Below are positions 1 to 11,523 of a stretch of DNA of 64,000 nucleotides, one piece after another; the first letter of the stretch is position 1; the number at the start of each line of letters is the position of its first letter. The position numbers were made by a program, and so were the translations under genes. Below the pieces are notes generated by a model. That model did no database searches, was not told where the DNA came from, and saw only the letters and a list, made by a program, of their open reading frames with translations. Where the stretch lies: positions 1,984,001 to 2,048,000 of the forward strand of contig NW_027271236.1 in NCBI RefSeq assembly GCF_040938485.1, read 5' to 3'. This DNA is from Diadema antillarum (lineage: Eukaryota).

Positions 1-194
1 GAAAAGAGAGTTGATAAACGCACCCTTTCGTAAAAGGCTTTCCTATAGGGCTTTCAAAACAGCTTTGCGTTAATCAACTCGTAAAAATTCCTTGAAAGCT
101 GTTTGGAAAACCTGTTTCTGCCGAGAAAAGGAGTTGATAAACGCAGCCCTAGTGACAAGCACAGTGATTGGAGGTTACACTGGATTGTACTTAC

Positions 195-3100
195 TTTAGT
201 CGTTTTGTGCTACCTAGGCCAAAGACGAGATTCAGAATGTATATAAGTGGTAAGGGCCATATCTGCAAATGAAAACAAAAGTTTTAATGCAGGAGAGGTA
301 GCAGCTAAACAAACCGAAGTGACCATTCTAGTCTAAACTATTGCACCCAATAGTTAAAGATTTTAACTTTATCTATCGCTTTTTATACAGTGTCATGTTA
401 CTTTAATAGCAAAAACTGACTTTACAAATGAAATTAAAGAAGAAAAAAAAAAAGAAAACTCTTACAATGCAGGCAGTCAATAATCAATACCAGTATTCAA
501 TGAATGACAACAAGTGGACCTTTGGGACAAAGCATCAGGCTACAGTAAAACACGATATTTTTGCGGCATGAAATCATCGCGAATTGCAGCCGACGGCCTT
601 TTTCGCGGCGTGAAATTTTCGCGAGTTGCCTCTAACATTCAATGCATATAGACAAGAACTTTCATGTGCATTTTAATTTCGCAAATCTTGGCTCTCGCGA
701 AATTCGCGAAATCAAAATACACGCGAACATTCCTCATTTTACAGTATCGAAAGAATCCCACAGTGTGAGCACCATACATTTTTTATTCATTGCAAAGCTA
801 CAGGCTGAGCTTATCATTGTGTTTACCAAGATATCCAATGATTGCAGAAGACACTGCAGGGCAAGGGAAAGAAAAAGACTTTTTTATTTATTTCTTTTTA
901 ATTAATTGCAAAAGTATTACAAGGAAATCTGTAGTACAGTTCATAACACTATGAATTAGAGTTACAGACATGAAAGCACATCAGAGAATTCAGTTCTTTT
1001 AATCTTATGAATGCTGTAAAAGTGGAAATTTTTGCGGTGTGGAAATTTTCGAGAATTTCACGCAACTAGAAACCAGAGCAAAAATAAAAGCACATGATTA
1101 TTTTTGCTTGCCATATGTTCCAGTAGTTGATGTCTTGATTCCACTGAATTAAAAACATACGAAAATCTTCTTACCGGGCCGAGAGCGTAAAATTAGTCAC
1201 ATAAAAATATCCACTTTTACAGTAGTTCCCTCAGGACTACATGATTGCTAACTTGTAAAGTATAAAATTTGGCAAAATCAGAAGTTATCTATTATGTTCA
1301 AAATCATAGGCAATCATAGGCAATGAATATTGTGGACACGGAGGGATACTATTGGCAATGCTGCACACTGGCACTGGTCTGACAGTCCCTGACCAGTAAA
1401 AATCACTGTCAGACCAGTAACTTTTTCAGGAATAGACCAGTAAAAGATGGAAAAGCTGGGTACATACTGGTTAGACAGACAGGTCGGACCAGTAGAAAAA
1501 ATGGGTTAGTATGCAGCCCTGCTATTGGTAAAAATTGTAACGTTTTATTCAGCTTTCAGTAAATACTTATTCTATGGTAGAATACAGCACAGGGCTGCCT
1601 CTTTCCAAAGACAGACAAACCACAAAAGCACACATATGACTGCTACAGACTTACCTTTCTAGGAATTTGCCAATTCCAGTCAGGAAAATGAACAATGCCC
1701 AGACTTTTTCCAAGAAAGAGTATGACTATCGTTGATACCATCTGTTGTCATAGATGAAAACAAGATTTCATTACGTTCAGCATTTTTACTATGTTGAAAG
1801 AATGGTAATAGGACAATAAAATGAAATATATCATCACCTGATGGAAATGAAAACACCCGGGACAATACTCCAGCAATAATAATTACACATTAAAAATTAA
1901 GCTTACCTCAGGGATAAAATCAGTTATAAGGAAAATATGGAACAGACTCCCATATTCTAGGTGATACCAGATAAAACAGGGCCTCACTATTCAGACCACT
2001 CTACACTTGTCATTACATCAGAAACTCCAAGTCCAGGCATCGCCCACATAAATCAAAAGGGTCATTGAAGCTGTGATAGAGTGATAGATGCTCTCACGTG
2101 CCATCTTACTAGCCATACTCTTGACCATACTAGTACTGACAAAACTGAAGTTGGACCAGCAAAAGCTAAATTTCAAGCGGGAGAAAATACATCTTAAGTG
2201 CGAGACACACAGCTATAGTGGAAGAATAGGGGGATGGGAGATTTTGTGAAAATGGCCCCAAAGCAGAAAATTGGAGTCTCCATTACATTATGGAAAAGGA
2301 AAAACTTAAACCACTAGCTTATATGTGGCTATCTGTTTACTTTGCATTTGTAATTTCAAAGTTCTGTGCATGAAAGGCATACAAGCACTTTTTTTCTCTC
2401 TTTCTCTTTCTTCTCCTTCCCTCTCATTGGTACTCACCTGACCGAGACCCACAACCTGATAGGATGGAAATCTGCAAAATTATCAGAAAAGAGAAAATTG
2501 CAAATAAAACGTAATACATAAATCAGAACTGACGAAAAGTGAAGCACACATCAACACTTTCTATAAACCAATGTACAATGTAGCTCAAATTCATTAGAAA
2601 GATCTGATGAGTGATATGTAGCCTATGTATATGATATCTACATACTGGAAAATATTTTAATTCTAAAAGCTAAATCAACATTTTCTATGATGTAACGAGA
2701 CTCAAATTTACATAAATGATTCGATATCACACTGAAATTGGGAGAGCATTACAAGACCATCGTCTTTCCAAGGGCCGGACAAGACAGGTGAATAACCAGG
2801 TAGAGGTAATACATAATAGATATTTTCTGTAAGTTTCATGCAGTTTGGGTTAAAAAACTAAATTTGAGATAGAATATCTATCAGCATGTGGATACAAAAC
2901 AACTGGACAGGGGGTGCCCTGATATTTTATTTCTTTTAACCTTTTCTTGTGGCCAAAAATTCCATCAAGTTGGATTTGAAGCTGTTGAGAGTCATACTTT
3001 CACCCATGCTTGAGGAAAGTTTGCTCCATTCATTTATGCTTCACTGTGAAAAAGAGCTACCTTGGTACAGTCTGAGCTTTGATCTGAGTAGTCCTGCTTT

Positions 3101-6100
3101 TTTATGCAATTGTAAATTCAATTCTCTATCGATGACTAAGGGTTCTGTATGTACTGTTGAGGTATTGTTTTTATCTTCCTTGGTGATGTTAGATAGCTCG
3201 TCAACCTCCAGCATGATCAACCCCCTGTCTTCCTTTAATATCTTCTCTGTTCTTTCTCTGTTGCTTTCATTCCTTTTTTCTCCTGTTTTTTGTCTGTTTT
3301 CTTCAAATGGTTCTACTCCTGACCACCTTAGTGTACCATGCCCAGTGCAGTATAGACCCCTATGCTGTCAAACAAGGAATGGTCGCGTGCATTTTAATTT
3401 TGCGAATTTCGTGAGAGCCATAATTCGCGAAATTAAAATGCATGTGAAAGTTCTTGTCTACACTATATGTATTGAATGTTTGAGGCAACTCGCGAAAATT
3501 TGATGCCGCGAAAAAGGCCGTCGGCTCCAATTCACGAAAATATCACGTTTTACAGTACGTCAGTACAGTCAGTAGGTCTACACGTTGTAATGTAGACGTA
3601 GACTCTAGTCACATTTTTTTCTGCGAATAAACCATAGTTCACTGGAGGAAGTCAACAAAAGAAGAAGAAATAACGTCAAGAAGGTAATGTAGGGCAATCA
3701 AAGAAGAAGTGTGATAAATTTACTGATAGATATTTATTACCGGGTACCCATACTGATTAAAGAGAAGGTAAACCCCAAGAGCAATGTGGATTGAGTGAAA
3801 GCAGCAGCATTAGTAGAACACATCAGTGAAAGTTTGAGGAAAATCGGACAATCGATGCAAAAGTTATGAATTTTTAAAGTTTTGATGTTGGAACCGCTGG
3901 ATGAGGAGACTACTAGAGGTTATGACGTATGAGTGGACAACAATACCAAGAAAATATAAAGAAAATTCTGCAAGAATCCATTTTTCATGAAAATTACAAA
4001 TTCCATCAACTTGATATTGACATATGTTAAGGGTAGCAATTATTCCCCCTGCTTTCTGAAAGCGGTTGGTCCATTGCTCTTTCATAATTCTAGAAAAGTG
4101 AATTTTTGTTGAATTTCCTTTATATTTTCTTTGTATTGTTGTCCACTCATACGTCATATCCTCTAGTAGTAGTCTCCTCATCCAGCGGTTCCAACACCAA
4201 AACTTTAAAAATTCATAACTTTTGCATCGATTGTCCGATTTTCCTCAAACTTTCACTGATTTGTTCTACTAATGCTGCTGCTTTCACTCAATCCACATTG
4301 TACTTTGGGTTTACCTTCCCTTTAAAAGTGATCCCCCATCTGTATCACCTCAGCTCATAGAACCTTAGACAGAAAGATCCGTCTGTCCGGAGGACTCTTT
4401 TTATATTTTGCCATTAACGCTGTCCTCCGTAGACAGACGGAAGGTTGCAGTACCCATTGCTGTGTGGATGTTCTTAACCACTGTCTCTATGGAAAATTGG
4501 GTGAGGTACCTCACCCTTCTCGATTGCGTCTAATTCACGGCCCTAGGTCGGCAAATTTAAGCTTGTATAGTGAAATTAGCTCTTTAAAAATACATTAAAC
4601 TCACCAGATTAATGAATAATCCAAGATTTTAGTAGAATTTTCAACGTAAAACACAGCCTGTCAGGTTGTCACGTTCAAACTGCAGAAACATACACTATGA
4701 ATCTATTAGCCAATCACATGCGAGGTACATGTAGTTTCTACGTGTTTGTTTTACTAAAACACGTACCTCGCATGTGATTGGCTTACAGATTCAAAATGGC
4801 GACTTACAGCTTGCGAACGGCGATGTTGTGATATCGATAAAATGTCTGCGTTATAACCGAGTTTATGTGAGTATTTCGATTGCACAATTGAGAAATTTAT
4901 CCCAAATATTGCTGCATAATGTGTCATGTCATGTCAAACTTGTTTGAATGTAAAAAAGCTGTCTGAAATTTGGTTTATCGTAACGTTTGATCTGTGCGCG
5001 ACTGCTCCACACAGGAGCCGCAATCATTGACTTCGGTCTGTATACGGAGGGGATCCGTGAAGCCAGACGCAGTCTCCGCGGAACATTCCCCGACGGACAG
5101 ATACAGACCGATCTTTCGGTCAAATAGAACCTATACTCTAACTATAGGCCTATCAGGCTCAAGTTCTAAGCTAAGTTATCTCAGTTCAGGAAACCCACTC
5201 ACAAGGGGGGCCTCTCCTTATAAGTAACCCGTCCCCCTTATAAGTAACCCCGTCCCCCTTATAAGTAACCCCCGGGGCACCCCTTATAAGGAGTCTCCAC
5301 GCTTTTTTGCAATGCAACGCGAAAATGAAAGGACTGCGGCAATTCGCTTGATTATGTCCATAAAGCTTCACAAGTTTCCTAGTTACTCACGAAATTTGAG
5401 CAAAATCGGTTCGAGGCATCATATCTAAAATCATGGATTTAAATGCGATGTCAAACGACCCATGCGAATGCTGAAATGCGAGCGATTACTGGCGTGAGTG
5501 TCGCCAGGCGCGGCGGCGCGGCAATGCTTGAGTGCAGACGTGGCGACCGAGTACGAAAGTCTCGTACTCAGTCGCCACGTCTGCACTCAAGCATTGCCGC
5601 GCCGCCGCGCCTGGCGACACTCACGCCAGTAATCGCTCGCATTTCAGCATTCGCATGGGTCGTTTGACATCGCATTTAAATCCATGATTTTAGATATGAT
5701 GCCTCGAACCGATTTTGCTCAAATTTCGTGAGTAACTAGGAAACTTGTGAAGCCTTATGGACATAATCAAGCGAATTGCCGCAGTCCTTTCATTCTCCCG
5801 TTGCATTGCAAAAAAGCGTGGAGACTCCTTATAAGGGGTGCCCCGGGGGTTACTTATAAGGGGGACGGGGTTACTTATAAGGGGGACGGGTTACTTATAA
5901 GGAGGGGCCCCCCTTGTGAGTGGGTTTCCCGAACTGATCTAACCATCATCAAGCGCAAAAATCATGTCCGCTCTTGCTGTGGCATCTCTATGGGCAAGAG
6001 ATGGCAGGTTGAAATGCTGTTGTGCCTGTAGTCTCTTCTCATAATTTGTACTGATTGAAAATAGAGAAGTAGAATGTACTAGAACCCTGGCGCTGGCCTA

Positions 6101-6465
6101 CATGTACCCTTCCAAATTCCCACGATCCGATCCCGCCCGATCGCGCGATCCCAGCCAGTTGGTTGGTATAACTCTTCGCAACACACCTTTTTAAACGTAT
6201 GGGACTAATCTCACACCCTATCGACGTGGCGTTTATTAGTCATCGTGTATTGACCTCAATATCAAATCAGTGATGTCACTACTTACTTGAAATTAGTCAA
6301 TACAGCTTTGTTGATGAAGACTATGAGTATGGAACTCAAGCTATAAAACAGAGCTGCAAGAAGTCGACTGAGTCTCGATGGAGCCGACGAATCGGTGGAC
6401 GCCGTCGTGCCTTCCCCTGCCATCGTTGGGTTGTTTGTTGTCTTTTCTTCTTCAGATTTTACCAT
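195..6465 (-). CDS. SLC35D2: SLC35D1/D2-family nucleotide-sugar transporter (fringe connection/sqv-7 type), 5' part; remaining exons lie beyond the window start
   Basis: Exons in transcription order: 6465-6287 (MVKSEEEK...RLLAALFYSLSSILIVFINKAVLTNFK), 2471-2438 (FPSYQVVGLGQ), 1741-1655 (MVSTIVILFLGKSLGIVHFPDWNWQIPRK), 262-195 (IWPLPLIYILNLVFGLGSTKRL). All introns are GT-AG with consistent phases. Peptides match recalled SLC35D N-terminal TM segments. ATG 6465 has ACCATGG context; a second in-frame ATG lies at 6423. D1 versus D2 orthology cannot be resolved. Confidence 0.93.
541..746. mobile_element. TA-flanked MITE family A (Tc1/mariner-type termini)
   Basis: Bounded by tacagtaaaa at the left end and ttttacagta at the right end; cgcga-rich core. 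Inverted copy at 3363-3557; degenerate copy at about 51580-51765. Confidence 0.7.
1012..1224. mobile_element. TA-flanked MITE family B
   Basis: TIR ctgtaaaagtgga...tccacttttacag + TA. Further copies at about 7480-7642 (partial) and 50056-50267. Confidence 0.78.
1357..1521. mobile_element. Degenerate CAG...CTG MITE (gttagtatgcagccctg right end)
   Basis: Right TIR intact, left degraded; repeated gaccagta motif; ctattgg on both flanks. Confidence 0.5.
2935..3360 (-). pseudogene. Decayed CR1/L2-type LINE ORF2 C-terminal fragment
   Basis: Minus-strand translation ...EKILKEDRGLIMLE...SKLRLYQGSSFSQ*SINEWSKLSSSMGESMTLNSFKSNL resembles the CR1-type tail (SF...INEWNxLP......LNSFKxxL) and has an internal stop. 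Confidence 0.6.
3363..3557. mobile_element. TA-flanked MITE family A, inverted copy
   Basis: Reverse complement of 541-746 (aagttcttgtcta, gaggcaactcgcgaaaatt, gccgcgaaaaaggccgtcggct). Confidence 0.72.
3761..4321. mobile_element. TTAA-flanked MITE with long (about 200 bp) TIRs, Kolobok-like
   Basis: TTAA at 3757-3760 and 4322-4325; purine-purine 5' terminus; long inverted arms (gtaaacccc...ggatgaggagactactagagg versus its reverse complement). Confidence 0.82.
4366..5123. mobile_element. Non-autonomous DNA transposon with 9-bp TSD (Mutator/MULE-like)
   Basis: Imperfect TIRs TAGACAGAAAGATCCGTCTG / TTGACCGAAAGATCGGTCTG (right end, reverse complement); direct repeat ATAGAACCT at 4357-4365 and 5124-5132. 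Confidence 0.7.
5182..5936. mobile_element. Foldback-type non-autonomous DNA element, copy 1 (755 bp near-perfect palindrome)
   Basis: Arms 5182-5556 and 5562-5936 are reverse complements with a 5-nt loop (aagtc). Termini CAGTTC...GAACTG; 4-bp direct repeat ATCT at 5178-5181 and 5937-5940. Lies in SLC35D intron 1. Confidence 0.93.
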
Positions 6466-6713
6466 GGTGCGTGTATATGTGTGGTACACTTGCACTGTAC
6501 ATGTACATACAGCGCGGTGGTGGTGGTGCTGGTGCAATGGTAGACGTGGGTACGGGTGGAGCTAGCTAGCTAGCCAGCTAGCGCTGCGCCGGGGCTCGGC
6601 TCGCGTCGGGCGGCGGACCGTGGAATCCGTGGACATGCAGAGCTAATACATGCACAGTAAATTACTGTAGTACGCGCGCGACGTGAATTGAACGAAAATC
6701 AACGTCTGTCACC
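6466..6713. promoter_or_regulatory. Compact CpG-rich bidirectional promoter/5' UTR region shared by SLC35D and Asterix
   Basis: Only 248 bp separate two divergent ATGs. The interval is GC/CpG-rich against an AT-rich background (e.g. gcgctgcgccggggctcggctcgcgtcgggcggcgg, tacgcgcgcgacgtg). Confidence 0.75.
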
Positions 6714-9700
6714 ATGTCGACTACTACTTCAGCTCCAAATTCATCCGATGGAGTCAAAAGGCCCAACAAAATTAAAAAGTAAGTGTATCAGCTGTAAAAT
6801 CTAAGGCTTCAAAACTCAGTATTCGGTGAATAAAAGTTCTTAGTTGTACGTGTTTTTTTATCTGGACCGAGTGATTCAGTGATTCACGCTTCGCGCTTTT
6901 TACTTTGTGTAGATAAGTCCCATACATGCAATCTCATGTAACCTACCACTGCCTTGAATTGCATTGCCATTAGCATTGGCATCATTGGGAAGCTTAAATA
7001 CGTACATTGCATTCATATGCATGCACGTTCAGGTTGGTATGTCAGGCAGAGAGCTGAATAGCATACAACTCACTGTATTTAGTATTAAATCAATAAACTC
7101 ATTGAACTTGATGGATGTGACTGCTGTGAGGATTGAGAGATTAGTATGGTAGCCCTACTACTCTAGCTACATATCGACCACCTTAAACCGACCGCGTATA
7201 ATTCGCGCACTGAACACTTAGTACGCACTTCTCTGCGTGCAAAGCACATAAAAATGGATTGGCGTTGAATGTAGATGAGGATGGTGTGGGAAAACGTGAT
7301 AATTCACTGTTCATTAATGGTTTTAATCAAGGACAAAATTTCGAATGAATATTTTCACCGAATCGTAATGACAGCACAATGTAATGTCTATGGAAGTTTC
7401 TAAGTTCGTCGGCGATATTTTTGCACTGAAACTTCAAATCGAAAAGGGAACAACGGCATTTGATAGAGCTGGATTCAGAAGCTAGCGCGAAAATAAAAGC
7501 ACGCAATCATTTTTGCGTGTCATATGTTCCAGTACTCTCAGTAGCTGATGACTTGATTCCTCGGAATTAAGAACATGCGAAACTCTTCTTACCTGGCCAA
7601 GCACGAAAAATTAGTCGTGCGAAAATATCCACTTTTACAGTATTTAGCCTTGTAGTTCCACTCTGGGAGCTCTGCCTCTGACTGGGGCTATCCTGGGTTT
7701 TAGGCCTACTACTAGGGGGCTAGCCCGACTAGACACCATGCGAAGCACGGCATCCCTGTGTTGCAACACTTGTGTACAGCGACAGGGCTGTGTATAGTTA
7801 CGAGGGGGCTCCTAAAACTAACCCTAACCCTATTTAAAGCCTAAAGCCACCTACATGGTGTAAAGTCATGTCTAAATGTAATCATATAATCTACTTTGAT
7901 ACATATCACATTTCTTTTTTTCAATTTTAGCGGGTTAAATTACATATGGCGAATTGCAATGTGTGTTCTAACACATCATGTCACAGTTTTTTTTTCTTTT
8001 TTTTTATCGTCAATTTGTGTGTTTCACTGTCTAGTTCTTCCAAAACTGCTTTTGGCAGGCTTTTTGCTGTGTGCAATTTCGTGCTTCTGGCCACAACTGA
8101 GAAAACATGATGTAGATGGAAGAGAGAAGAATAAACTGTATCTCTTTTTCTCTCTCCCTCTCTCTCTTTAATCTCATCAAGAAACCAGCAATCTCCCTCG
8201 GCTTATCTTTTCTTGTCAAACTTAAATTTGTTCACAGGATGTGTTTTATCATTGTTATTGAGTATAATACTGAGTTACACAACTGGAAAGACTTCCTCAT
8301 GCCCCCACCCCCCTAATTTTGCCATATCACTCAGCACTACCCCACCCTTGTTAGCTAAATGCACAGATGCACGCACGCAGGCACATTTGGCAAGTGGTAG
8401 GGACAGTATGCATCCATGCGTAAGCTGACAAGGGTAGGGTAGTACAGAGTCTAATGGCAAAATAAGGGGGGGGGGGCATAAAGAAGTCTTTCCATACAAA
8501 TTTCCAGTAAATGCTCACATTTCACATGACTGACTAGATTCTTTTGACCTGCTCTCAAGTTATATATGCCCCTGGCTTATATTAACAAATCATTTCTCTT
8601 GTTGTGTTGTGTGTGACAGATACACGCCACCAGATGAAAATTCCCCTGATGATCCCACTGCAGACTACATGAACCTCCTTGGTATGGTGTTTAGCATGTT
8701 TGGACTCATGATGAAGGTTTGTAATCAGTTCATGATTTATAAACATTCATAGGTAGTGTAAAATCCTGTAGCTCTCTTTTGCATCTCCTTGCAATTTAGG
8801 TATTTAAATTGTGCACACAATAACATTCAACAGGTATTGGCATCAAATTTTAGAGATATACAAATTGTTTTCCCCCTCTATTTTTCTTCCAGAAGTGCAG
8901 TATTGTTGCATAGATGCAGCAAATTTGTAAAACTTTAATGTAGATTTGTTGTGACAGAGCAATAAAAGCAACCAAAACTCAATTTATTTTTTCTATGAAA
9001 GTACCATGAATAAGAAATAATGCTTGCATGATATTAAGACATAAATGATACCACTGATACTTTCAAATTTTGTAACTCATTGTTTTTAAAACCACTGGGA
9101 TTAAAAATTATGTCTGATTTTCTTCAACATGTAAAAAACAACAACAACAAATTATATAGATCACAATTGTTGCTATGTATTGGCAATTGTATATTGGTAT
9201 ATTGTGAATGTATGTACACATGCAAATACAGGTTGTATACACGCTGTTGAGGGGATTTGTTCCATGCATTTTAAGCATGAAGTCATCAATGTCATGATAT
9301 TCATCGATTAAAATATGTGCACCTGCAAATGAAACAATTAAAAAAATACTGTGTTGCACAGCATTATTTGTAAAAATGTTTTGATACATTGTATCACTCA
9401 GAAAAATATGAAGAAACAATAAAGCTTGCCAAATTAATTTCTAACAGAAAGAATATTTTTAACTATCCCTGTGCTGTTTCATTTCTAATTTCTCAGATGA
9501 AGTGGTGTGCATGGATGGCAGTCTTTTGCTCTTTCATCAGCTTTGCCAATTCAAGATGTAATGAGGATGGAAAACAGATGTTTAGTAGCTTCATGTAAGT
9601 CAAATCTTCTTGATAATTTATCCTTCTTAATTAATTGAGCAAAACCTGATAAGTAGAGTCTGTTCATGTTCACCTACAGTGTACATGAACATAGCAGTTG

Positions 9701-10980
9701 TCAGTCATTAGGTAAGTTTGGAGTGAGATTTTTCTGAGTCTTGTGGAGAGTGTGTTCAGAAACAAATCACATAATGCACTTCTAATGTAAAGTTTGTCAT
9801 GCAATGACCACTAGAACATGGCATGTAACACATCTTGCTTGTTGATTGGAAGGTGGCTTCTTGTGATAGGTCAGTCTAAGTTTCATTTCAGCAAGCTACA
9901 ACTTGTACTTCAATGTATTAATTGTACACTGTTTTATTATTGCATCTAAATCTGCTGCACATCCAGTTGTGATGTGTGCATGTTTGCTACTAGTTGTAGC
10001 CTGAGCAGTCACTAATTAACCATTCAAAAGTTCAGGTGCCTTGATTTGTTGGCATTCCCTGTAAAAGTAACTTAGTATTTTCTGTGAAATGACTTAACGA
10101 AATTGACTCTACATGATGTGTGTGACACAATAAAACTATATTCACTCTTAAAGGGGATGGCTAGTAACTGATCAGTGGGAATCAGTGGGAATTCCGGGGG
10201 ATGATTGTTCCAATCCTTGTGGGATTCATTTAAGAGTACATTATGTATCTATTGTTGTGTGAAAACTATTTGCTTCAGAATGGTCTCATATTCAAGTAAT
10301 GTGCAGTTTAATGCTTCCAGGTTAGCGTGCCTGTACAGTGACGGGGCATTACACTGCACATTACTTGAATATGAGACTGTTCTGAAGCAAATAATTTTCA
10401 CACAACAATAAATATATAATGTACTCTTTTAGAATGAATCCCACAAAAATTGGAACAATCATCCCCCAGCATTCCCACTGATTCCCAGTGATCAGTTACT
10501 AGCCATCCCCTTTAAACTTTGAAAGGTTAGCTTCATTAAGACCCCACAGAGCCAGTGTCAAAGTACATGAGCTTGGGTATAAAGTAAAATATCGGAGAGA
10601 TATAGATACTATCAATGTTTGTTAAAGGTGAAACTTTTAGAGAGTTTGCCAAGTATATTTCCCTATGAAGGAGGTAGTGCTAGTGATGTGAGCTCTGATT
10701 TGCATAGTCTTTAACTTGTGACATACACATGTATATCAATATGATTTTTGTTTTCTTGAGTGGGATGTGAATACCAAAATTTTCTGAACAGAATTTGAAA
10801 TGAAGCATTTTCTGAATGTTTATGTTTATGTCTTCTGTTTTAGTTTGTTTTTGCAAAGAGTATTGTCACAGTAATAAGTTATTCAAACCTTCTGGTCTTT
10901 TACATTACAGGTTGTCAATATCAGCCGTAGTGATGTCATACCTTCAGAACCCAGCTCCAATGACGTTACCATGGCAATGA
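6714..10980 (+). CDS. WDR83OS: PAT complex subunit Asterix, complete, 109 aa
   Basis: Exons 6714-6778, 8620-8716, 9497-9594, 10911-10980 (330 nt, GT-AG, phases consistent). Translation [109 protein letters not shown] matches recalled Asterix motifs ([35 protein letters not shown]). Confidence 0.97.
10152..10511. mobile_element. TTAA-flanked MITE, Kolobok-like, in Asterix intron 3
   Basis: TTAA|AGGGGATGGCTAGTAACTGATC ... GATCAGTTACTAGCCATCCCCT|TTAA; TIR about 85 bp. Confidence 0.85.
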
Positions 10981-11159
10981 CAGCGGGAGACAGAAGTGTT
11001 ATAGATTGCTTTTTCCAGCCTTTTCTCTGTATTTTGAATCTTGCTCTATTACATGTGTTTCATGTTATATCCCCTGTACTACACCCATACATCTTATTAA
11101 AAAAAAAAGAAGATATGTTCATAGGTACTGTACTGTCTAATGTTAAACTATCATTTGCA

Positions 11160-11523
11160 TGCTGAAAAAAAAATCGCCCGATTTCCCAATACACATATAG
11201 TAGCCTTTGTTACAGATTTGTACGTCGTTAAACCCTCAGCACCGCAGGGCGCCTCACCCTGGCAGAAACTAGAGCACATGCAAAAATGCACAGCTTGAAC
11301 TCCCAAGTTCATTGACCCTACCTGCCAAAATATTGAAAATCCTTTTAAAATCCATACAAATTTTCGGATCACTACCAAAATTTAATCATCTCTTCCTTGT
11401 GTCATTCTCAACCTTTCCTGCAAGTTTCATCCAAATCCGGTCATAACTTGTTGAGTTATTTTGCACATGGACAAACAAACCAACGGTAATGAAAACCTAA
11501 CCTCCTCCCGTAGCGGAGGTAAA
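11160..11523. mobile_element. Possible Helitron/Helentron-type non-autonomous element
   Basis: Ends in aaaacctaACCTCCtcccgtagcGGAGGTaaa, a short subterminal hairpin. Classification is from recalled pattern only. Confidence 0.4.

Noticed and set aside
3041-3367. Minus-strand open frame of about 108 codons as an alternative SLC35D exon
   Set aside because: The nearby acceptor is out of phase with exon 1 (gives an early TAA), and the peptide continues past its stop into a LINE C-terminal motif.
2949-3503. 184-aa + strand ORF
   Set aside because: S/L/F-rich shadow of a minus-strand LINE remnant that runs into a MITE.
5186-6031. ORFs 5186-5371, 5443-5667, 5747-6031 and their twins at 15400-15726, 15961-16170, 16446-16634
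   Set aside because: The same peptides appear on both strands because they lie in palindromic arms; no domain or splice support.
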